64,000 nt of DNA. It comes from a virus. Taxonomy: Duplodnaviria > Heunggongvirae > Uroviricota > Caudoviricetes. The position numbers and the translations under genes were made by a program. Positions 58,601 to 64,000 of this stretch are shown here, piece by piece (within the stretch, counting starts at the first letter, position 1; each line of letters starts with the position of its first letter). The stretch lies in the IMG/VR virus record IMGVR_UViG_3300042691_020576. One strand, written 5' to 3'. A model generated the notes under the pieces. The model made no database searches, was not told the origin of the DNA, and saw only the letters and a list, made by a program, of their open reading frames with translations.

Positions 58601-61600
58601 TCTACTCCTGAGGAACAACAATCTGTGTTGAAGGAAATGAGAGCTAGAAAGGGCAAATTCTTTGACAGAAGTAGCCTGAAAGATGTTAGCTACTCTGAAG
58701 CTACAGACACACAGCTTGAAGAAAAGCTGGCTGAAGAATTCAGAGACTATGTACAGTTCAAGAAGATTCCTGCAAAACCTGCAAGTGGTAGACCATTTGT
58801 ATTGAAGTTGTTTGCTGATTTAGTGACAGCCATCAAGAAGTTGTTCATGGAACCACAATCAGACTCTAAGGTTGAGGACATGTTCAAGAAAATCAACCAG
58901 GGTGGTTACAAAGCAATCATTCCTTATCAGAGCAACTTGGCTTTTGCTAATCAAGGTGTTATTGATATTGCTAGTGCATTTGCTGATGAGAACACTGCAT
59001 TGAGTCTTGCTGGTATCAATGATAGAGAAAGAAACGAGATCATTCAACACATGACCTACCTCACTCTTGCAAAGATGATCAAGACTGACAAGAGTCTGTT
59101 TGAGGTGGAGAAACAAAATAAGTCAGAGTTGTATGCATCACTTAAGGACGATGTTCTTCAAACAATAGCTAAGAAGATTCGTGTTGCTGAACAGCTTGTA
59201 AAGGATGGATCTTTCACTCAGAAAGAAGCTAATCCTGTAATAGCCACTACTATCCAGTTGATGCAAAGTGTTGAAGATCAATGGGATGTAATTTCTGCAA
59301 GACATCAAGAATATCTCAAGAGCTATCAGATTGAGTTTGATGAGAACGATCAGTTAACTTTACGTGATGAGAACAATAGTGGTAGAGGTGATTATCAAGA
59401 TGCTACCAAGATTGATAACTTCAAGAAAGCTCACAGCGCTATCAAACTGTTGCTAGCAACTATCCCTCAAGTGGATGCTAGTGGTAAAAGAGTTCCATCT
59501 TCTATTGGTGGTTCACAGTTATTGCCTTTGAGCAGAACATACATCACCCTTATGAACAGTCTACATGATGCTTCATCTGTAGAGGAAATGCTTGAGGGAT
59601 TGCGTCAGATTGCTATCAATGATGTAAACTACAGAACTCTGTACAAGAGAATCACCAAGAGAGCTTATAATGAAGCTGGTGTTGATATTTCTACAATTGA
59701 TACAGAACATGGTTTGCAACTGTTGAGTGCGTTCTGGAACACATTTAGAAAGCAGAGTCCTGATGTAAGGAACGTGTTTATTCTTGAGAATGGTGAGGTT
59801 GTAGTGGGTGAAGCAAATCTGTCTACAGCTGCACAAAACCTTAGAAGTCAATTCATTAACTCCATCATATTCAAATCAAAGTCAGGAGATGGCTACTTTA
59901 CATATGATGAGAAAGAGAAAGTGTACAAAGGTGATCCTGCAAAACTGCGTGGTGTTCAACTAGACAAGCCTGAACAGATCGTTGCTTTCCTGAACAAGAT
60001 GGGAATCTCTTTCACTATGAAGGAGGTGAAAAGTCTCACTCCTAGTCAGTACAACAAATTCAGAAGTGCTGCTAGAGGGATCAGAGAAAGTATTGCCAAA
60101 GCTGAAAAGATTGCTACATTCTCAGGAAAGTCTCTTGGAATGAGTGGTCGTTTGCTTGAGATTGCTTTGATAAAAGCTGCTGCAACAAACCCTGAATTCA
60201 GTAGCACATACTTCAACGTTTCTGGTGACCGTACACAGTCCTACATTGGTACAAACGCTGCAAGTGATTTGTATGACTTCTTGTCCAAGCTTACAAAGTT
60301 TGATAAGAACAGTTTGGGTGGTACATCTTACAGCTATCTGCTCACTGATTCTTTTGCAAAGAATTCCAATCTACTGAACAGAATGTTCACAACTGCTGGC
60401 ACACGCAAGCAGGGTAGTGAGGATCTGTTTAAGATAGGCTATGTAAGTGGTACAGTTAATGAAACAAAAGGTAAACGTAAAGAGTCATCTAAGCTCACAT
60501 TCAAAGAACGTCTGATTCAGGAATTGAATCTGAACTTATCAGGTTGGTATTTGAACCTGGTTCCTGGTGATGCATCTATTGAATGGATGATCAATATGGG
60601 CAACCCTATCTCTTTGGAATCTGCTAACAGAGGTATGGCTGAACTCAACTCTATCTTCAAGGGATATTTCTTGTCTGAGCTTGAACTGGCTAGAGAAAAT
60701 CGTCCTGTAGCAAAAGGTAGAAAGGCAAATGAAATGCGCTTCTTCTTAGGCATCCTTGGTGATAAACTCCATTCACAGATAATGAGTGATAAGAGATCTC
60801 CTGAGGAAGTGTACAAAACCTATGAGAAAGACATCAATCGTAGTCTTGAGAAGTTCATTGATGAACAAGTGACTTCTTTCAAAACTACACTGTCTCGCTA
60901 TGGTATTTTGAACCTTAGTGAAACAGGATATACATTTGACAGTGTAAACATTCCTCAAGATCTCAGTGAGAGTCAAGTGAATAGCTATCTGTTTGCCTCT
61001 ACAGCAAACTTCATGATTGCTAACATTGAAATGCATAAGCTTCTGTATTCTGATCCATATCAGTATTCAGATGAACTGAAGCGTATCAAAAACTTCAACT
61101 CTCCACGTCAGGCAATTATCAATAACTCTCCAAAGATGAACACTGCGTTCAACAAAGTTTGGAACAAGGGTTATGAGCGTAACGATATTGGTTATACTAA
61201 TTTCACACAAGATTACTTCCGCACTACAACACTTGCTGATGTTGATGGTGTGATTGATCTTCCTGGTTATGAAGACTTTAAGGAAACTGATGGTAGTGGT
61301 ATCATCACCATGAATGCTTACCGTCAGTTTAGAATCAGAGCTAGTCAATGGAATAGTGATGAAGAACGTCAGTATAGATATGACATTGCTTTTGAAAAGA
61401 AAGACAAGGGCCTCAAGCTTTCTCAAGAGGAAACTAAGTTGTTGAAAGCTGGTAACCCTGGCATCAAGAGTACATACACTCCTTTGAAGCCAATTGTGTC
61501 TGGTAGTAAACTGGCTCAAGATGGTTCTGCTAGCAGCTTCAATAATATCGTATTGGATAAGTTTGCCCTTTATCCATTGTCATATCGCATCATGAAAGAA

Positions 61601-64000
61601 ATCAATGCGGATTCAAATGCAGTGAAACTCTATAACAAGATGCAGAAAGAATCCATTGATTATGTGGTGTTTGCAAGTGGTAGAAAGGTAGGTGCTAGAA
61701 CTCCACATGCTACATACAATGCAGATGGTTCATTCAACGATGCTCCTTATGAAGCAGTGGATAATATACCATTCTCCATCATGAGCATTCAGGCAGAGGT
61801 TCCTTCTAAAGAAGATAGCTATGTGACAAGAGGTAGCCAGATTACAAAACTGATTACTCTTGATTTCATGGAAGCTGGTGTTCCTGTAGACTATCAGGAG
61901 GGTAAATCTTTTGAAGAAAGATACAAAGCTTGGTATGCATTGGATGAAGCTGCTAAACTGAAAGCTTCTGAACTGTACAGAGAAATCAAGAACAACCAAG
62001 ACTTGCTTGGTGCACTTATTGACGAAGGTTACAGATCTACATTGAGCAGACTGGGCATTGCTGAGACTGTTGAAAGAGATGGTAGCAAGAGTTATACAAT
62101 CACAGACTTGTCTAAGGCTGGCCAAACTTTGCGTGATGAAATCTTGAAGAGAGAGGTGAATGATAACATTTCTTCTGCCCTTATTGGTTTCTTGGAAGGC
62201 AAGGTTGTTATTGAAGCAACTCCTGCATATCAGCAAGTTAGAAACATCATCTACTCAATTGCAGACAAAGAGTTCATTTCTCCAAAGATGAATGGTGGTA
62301 TGAAGGTTCAGATTCCTTCTACCTTCCTGGAAAGCAACCGTGTTGCTATGACAGAGATCAATGGTAAGAAAGGATATACATCTGATGTTCTGAAGTTCTA
62401 TGAGAAAGATGGTAAACGTGTAGCTGAAGTGATGATTGGTAGATGGTTTGACAGTGATATGTCTGATGATGAACTGCTTGACTATCTGAACAATACAGAA
62501 GAAGGACAGAAGATTCTGGCTGGTGTAGGTTTTCGTATTCCTACACAGAAACAAAACTCCATTGATGCAATCGTTATCAAGAAGTTCCTTCCTAAGGAAT
62601 TTGGTGATAGTGTTGTAATCCCTGCTGCTTTGGTTGCCAAGGCTGGATCTGACTTTGATATAGATAAACTTTCATTGTATTTGAAGAATGTCTATGTAAA
62701 GAACGGTAAGCCTAAGCTGATTCCATACTTTGGAAAAGGTGAAGAGGCTTTGGCAAAGTTTGAAGAACTGTTTGATAAAGGAGAGTTTTTATCTGATGAA
62801 GAGCTGAAAGAGCTTGATAGATACATTGCTGAGGAGCAAGACAGACTTCAGGACATTGCTGAAGAATCTGCAGGCGGTAAATTGTTAACATCTATCTTTG
62901 AAAAACTTTTCTCTGAAGAAGAAATCACAAGAGATTTTGTAAAAGAAATTCCTGCTAGAGAACAGATTATCAATAAGTTATATAAAAAGAGTTTGGAGAA
63001 TGCGTACATAGAGAGCATGGAGAATCTAATCACTCACCCTGCAAACTATGACAATCTCATCAAGCCTAACTCTGCAGAACCTTTGAAAGAGTTGGCAGAA
63101 TTTATTGCTGAGAAAACCATTGGTCAGACATTTGACTACAAGGATGTAAAGAACATGCTTGATAGAAGCTTCATGTCAAGATTGCGTCATGCGTTTGTAA
63201 GTGGTAAATATGCCATCGGTATTGCTGCTGTTAACCAGACAAACCACTCATTGAACCAACGTCAACCTATCTACATAGATAAGGACAGACTTGCAAATGT
63301 TTCTGATGAGGATAGATTCTGGTTGGGTAATGCTGATATCAAGTTTGAAAAATACAATTCGATTGAGATTGATGGTAAGATGGTGCCCACCCTGTCTATG
63401 ATTAAGAACAAGGCTGGTGAGTTCATCTCTGACATCATTGGTATGTTCATTGATGGATATGTGGATATTTCTAAGGGCCCGTGGATTATGGAACTTGGTG
63501 CAACGCCTAACGTGGCTAGCACATGGTTGTTCTTAATGAAACTGGGTGTTCCTATGAAGACTGTAACATACTTCATGAACCAGCCAATTATTCGTGACTA
63601 TCTGCGTACTATTGAGAACGCTGGTTATTCATGGCTGTTTATTGATCAGTTTGTGGATAGCATGTATGATCTGTACGATCCAGGTTTACCAGGAGAACAA
63701 GTAAAAAGTAGAACAGCTGCATTCAAGATTCCTTCAGAATCAGTGTTGAAAAACAATGTGGGTAAGGATTCTACAAAGATGAGTGCTCAAGAGAAGCTGG
63801 ATCAGTATCTGATGCTCCAAGAGTTCTTGAAGTATGCTAAGATGGCTGAACATATGTTCCATGTCACTCAAGGTTCTAACTATGATACAGCTACATTCAA
63901 TGATCCTTTCTTGATATACAAAAAGCAGATGCAGCAAATCAAAGCACAGAACACCATCGTTAGCTCTGTCGATGATTTGTTAGCAAACTCTTTTGTAGGT
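52694..64000 (+). CDS. giant multidomain protein, partial (>3768 aa); putative virion RNA polymerase polyprotein with zincin-like motif
   Basis: ATG at 52694 overlaps the upstream stop. The frame was verified open at several spot checks and runs to the window end; it is not in the ORF track because it has no stop in the window. Contains AYHEVFHAVW (HExxH, 58568-58582) and the acidic repeat EDEDEFIIPEDEEEAPSVAEEQAEDDESFVILEEDETEEVIPEDEES (about 58126-58260). Contains KAGSDFDIDKLS (62651-62665), which resembles the DxDGD/NADFDGD catalytic motif of DPBB RNA polymerases. Confidence 0.6.
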   Translation, partial: MAENPQTPLLDRASLEEQFTGYTPPAAPDPLPNIPFRGLNNPMPGGVAGDGESVSALQALDASVRKPTGKMRGGSIMRPLSEMSNPRYDSFVPGDYNNEDAYGQGQGWTSKMVNGVGKGLALTGTTFLQGTVGLVNGVGNWIATGNFSSFYDNPLNRALDDFNKKLDDELLPNYYTDAESTAAWYSPKNLFTANFLWNGIVKNLGFAAGAALSGGVYASGIKALSSLPGIARLVSLGKQAEVIAATEASLLSANKVADTYGKIKSLSDRFLSSYKLLNPAQRAVVAGLATTGEAGFEALQHLNEERTKLIDEYMATNNGLYPTGAAMDEINRKAEQIGDSSFLANVALLTATNYIQFPKILGSSFKAEKGMINSLQSETKEIVQEAGKFIAKPAAGGKILGTLNKIRPYTFSVSEGFEEGAQYAIGVGTKDYFNKKNNNEATSFLDSLSEGFINTFTTDEGMENVLIGSLSGSIMQARGRYREQRERTKNTAEAIEKLNNYKLSDFTKATIDSVNRGTVLQQEREALLKRGDVLNSKDKEADYVINYLSPRIKYGRFDLVQADINDYRALASTDEGFAQLVAEGKALATDTREAFLARVENLQQTANNVKSLYQSINLRYAGAVDEKGNPAYSPAVIDQMVYAASKVADYDVRIPKLSPKLIAAGINVDQVVKDVVEGKVESFNDAVNTIKGMKDITVDQQEDLGQALEDVAEMSIRRDKFLNEYNEMKQSPDKFKEVTPEEAQGPVPAVKETIKVKVQNREKEIEIGTEYYIGKGVDYDKDGLEVPIEVSMLTVLGENADGTLRIRDNKGVERNISKEKLEDYKLFKASDLRSNKTANYFYRHRNEVFEYNFGSGKRTGRLEYDKGKLFFVYKNDKGKIVRKLVDNRHFTPQGEYTEPRIRKVGEIENAEQKTAREEFTSAEEIKRQEATLAKNKDARLEIITELQRESSERLDQVNKKLESKKKELDSIQKDLDKIGDEVRVSEPRTKREKALEAKYPEMSRQKAKFGRVFSTTSKALTKLSRMREAVQDEIAQLEAEKNELEFNLLYFQDFGQNLDELPENSGEFLKELKDQVKWLEMLVKETGDNINVLAKLSKTIEQAIKDFADLLESSLSKFDADYPQYIKDKLAEIKDGTFTIKNFADLKDYLADYAMLEDLQKEISVNENKLQDAEDQIKKLYQQLDELGNQHNAKKQILDRFQSIADSYQARKAEEDAISNNEQLIKEALGTADTSVQTAEFDKEYEPAAKKADDILPRATIGVNRGKAHQVRANNFGFNLNKFENRDRIRGVYVTSKNEDQIVPGLTDMLRMDEAGVINEDINKDEIIAMVMVEEGDDGKIRVVGEDGVPLPDGANPLDFAVFQVFPDADLKWGAEFNNESMFRKDTPQEVRDSITEQYKAWRKSVLENPSLDERHEIEASFGRIENVTDETGKIDYNTRTSVVDSNLVTADDLEASQVINIPKLPSGDGKLAVESKGTVSFRVPVGTVLLETANGLVKLQNRNLSEKEAETVYNAILQIAKNMLNPEIGIKDPRSERLLSWLRSIVYWGIPKDQSENRKPSAYNSVFFEKDEETGKLMLFISGKGMKFRFTPTSLEENKDIIVNLLSNLYNNINSHKSKLLNEPYEEILSISETGEVEGRMWPNYQTYLLSNTTPDGKKRSGEELPLSTTAKPVEDPNAVNRTAIYFYTTDTADDFVVPVVEKKRTVVPKTLAPKAAAPAAKPAPKATVVPKTYKLDNKTRNVYVSPEGNKIIFVASPNTNDSNFSTTIKIIKGGDLDAVVAKIKAAGMDPATVLKKRILQEIKPLLPKDEDEFIIPEDEEEAPSVAEEQAEDDESFVILEEDETEEVIPEDEESIILDDVEKTTGKPVSQSILNAINKKIADDEDEPLRAVLKQELESFVPENWNEVEAWLNKNFPNIPVYRVKNIIQATNGKQAWGMFKDGAIYIYENAEVGTAYHEVFHAVWRMFSTPEEQQSVLKEMRARKGKFFDRSSLKDVSYSEATDTQLEEKLAEEFRDYVQFKKIPAKPASGRPFVLKLFADLVTAIKKLFMEPQSDSKVEDMFKKINQGGYKAIIPYQSNLAFANQGVIDIASAFADENTALSLAGINDRERNEIIQHMTYLTLAKMIKTDKSLFEVEKQNKSELYASLKDDVLQTIAKKIRVAEQLVKDGSFTQKEANPVIATTIQLMQSVEDQWDVISARHQEYLKSYQIEFDENDQLTLRDENNSGRGDYQDATKIDNFKKAHSAIKLLLATIPQVDASGKRVPSSIGGSQLLPLSRTYITLMNSLHDASSVEEMLEGLRQIAINDVNYRTLYKRITKRAYNEAGVDISTIDTEHGLQLLSAFWNTFRKQSPDVRNVFILENGEVVVGEANLSTAAQNLRSQFINSIIFKSKSGDGYFTYDEKEKVYKGDPAKLRGVQLDKPEQIVAFLNKMGISFTMKEVKSLTPSQYNKFRSAARGIRESIAKAEKIATFSGKSLGMSGRLLEIALIKAAATNPEFSSTYFNVSGDRTQSYIGTNAASDLYDFLSKLTKFDKNSLGGTSYSYLLTDSFAKNSNLLNRMFTTAGTRKQGSEDLFKIGYVSGTVNETKGKRKESSKLTFKERLIQELNLNLSGWYLNLVPGDASIEWMINMGNPISLESANRGMAELNSIFKGYFLSELELARENRPVAKGRKANEMRFFLGILGDKLHSQIMSDKRSPEEVYKTYEKDINRSLEKFIDEQVTSFKTTLSRYGILNLSETGYTFDSVNIPQDLSESQVNSYLFASTANFMIANIEMHKLLYSDPYQYSDELKRIKNFNSPRQAIINNSPKMNTAFNKVWNKGYERNDIGYTNFTQDYFRTTTLADVDGVIDLPGYEDFKETDGSGIITMNAYRQFRIRASQWNSDEERQYRYDIAFEKKDKGLKLSQEETKLLKAGNPGIKSTYTPLKPIVSGSKLAQDGSASSFNNIVLDKFALYPLSYRIMKEINADSNAVKLYNKMQKESIDYVVFASGRKVGARTPHATYNADGSFNDAPYEAVDNIPFSIMSIQAEVPSKEDSYVTRGSQITKLITLDFMEAGVPVDYQEGKSFEERYKAWYALDEAAKLKASELYREIKNNQDLLGALIDEGYRSTLSRLGIAETVERDGSKSYTITDLSKAGQTLRDEILKREVNDNISSALIGFLEGKVVIEATPAYQQVRNIIYSIADKEFISPKMNGGMKVQIPSTFLESNRVAMTEINGKKGYTSDVLKFYEKDGKRVAEVMIGRWFDSDMSDDELLDYLNNTEEGQKILAGVGFRIPTQKQNSIDAIVIKKFLPKEFGDSVVIPAALVAKAGSDFDIDKLSLYLKNVYVKNGKPKLIPYFGKGEEALAKFEELFDKGEFLSDEELKELDRYIAEEQDRLQDIAEESAGGKLLTSIFEKLFSEEEITRDFVKEIPAREQIINKLYKKSLENAYIESMENLITHPANYDNLIKPNSAEPLKELAEFIAEKTIGQTFDYKDVKNMLDRSFMSRLRHAFVSGKYAIGIAAVNQTNHSLNQRQPIYIDKDRLANVSDEDRFWLGNADIKFEKYNSIEIDGKMVPTLSMIKNKAGEFISDIIGMFIDGYVDISKGPWIMELGATPNVASTWLFLMKLGVPMKTVTYFMNQPIIRDYLRTIENAGYSWLFIDQFVDSMYDLYDPGLPGEQVKSRTAAFKIPSESVLKNNVGKDSTKMSAQEKLDQYLMLQEFLKYAKMAEHMFHVTQGSNYDTATFNDPFLIYKKQMQQIKAQNTIVSSVDDLLANSFVG

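Noticed and set aside
20233-64000. Stop-codon reassignment (TAG or TGA recoding seen in some crAss-like late genes)
   Set aside because: Late ORFs are long and uninterrupted in the standard code, and genes abut with standard TAA/TGA stops. There is no sign of in-frame stops needing suppression.
52694-64000. Numerous 60-170-aa minus-strand ORFs inside the giant-gene region (e.g. 54089..54430, 55838..56281, 61067..61519, 61730..62236)
   Set aside because: They are antisense shadows of one continuous plus-strand reading frame that was verified at several points. Their compositions are low-complexity Ser/Leu/Ile-rich.

Overview
The window reads as a large double-stranded DNA phage genome in two divergent blocks, not as bacterial chromosome. 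It is AT-rich and packed with short, overlapping ORFs. A crAss-like (Crassvirales) phage of a Bacteroidota host is the best fit, as argued below.

Positions 1-19821 are almost entirely minus-strand replication and early genes. They include a partial DnaB-like P-loop helicase at the window start and a family B DNA polymerase. The rest of this block is dominated by several families of tandem paralogous small genes.

Between these lies an ORF-free, highly structured segment of about 1.45 kb (9640-11090). A non-canonical tRNA-like element flanks it on one side. A clear tmRNA (ssrA-like) gene on the minus strand flanks it on the other (11375..11774).

A divergent regulatory region (19822..20232) carries paired palindromic operator-like sites. 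From 20233 to the window end everything is on the plus strand and is the late/structural module. In order it contains:
- HU/IHF-like and zinc-ribbon proteins;
- terminase large subunit (RQxGKS Walker A) and portal;
- an SPFH/band-7 domain protein;
- a scaffold-like acidic protein and the major capsid protein (distinct high-expression codon usage);
- several structural proteins joined by poly-threonine linkers;
- a phage tail-collar-domain fiber protein;
- a calcineurin-like phosphoesterase;
- a 1659-aa tail protein and a 946-aa Gly-rich protein with a peptidoglycan-binding domain;
- a giant ORF of more than 3768 aa (52694 to beyond 64000) that is not in the ORF track because it runs off the window.

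The giant ORF contains a HEVFH zincin-like motif, acidic repeats and a DFDID motif. DFDID resembles the catalytic aspartate triad of double-psi beta-barrel RNA polymerases. This points to a virion-packaged RNA polymerase polyprotein of the crAss-like kind.

Four observations suggest a Bacteroidota (Flavobacteriia-like) host: IHF-like genes, poly-Thr linkers, TAnnTTTG promoter-like motifs, and weak Shine-Dalgarno usage. All functional calls rest on motif reading by eye. No database search was possible.
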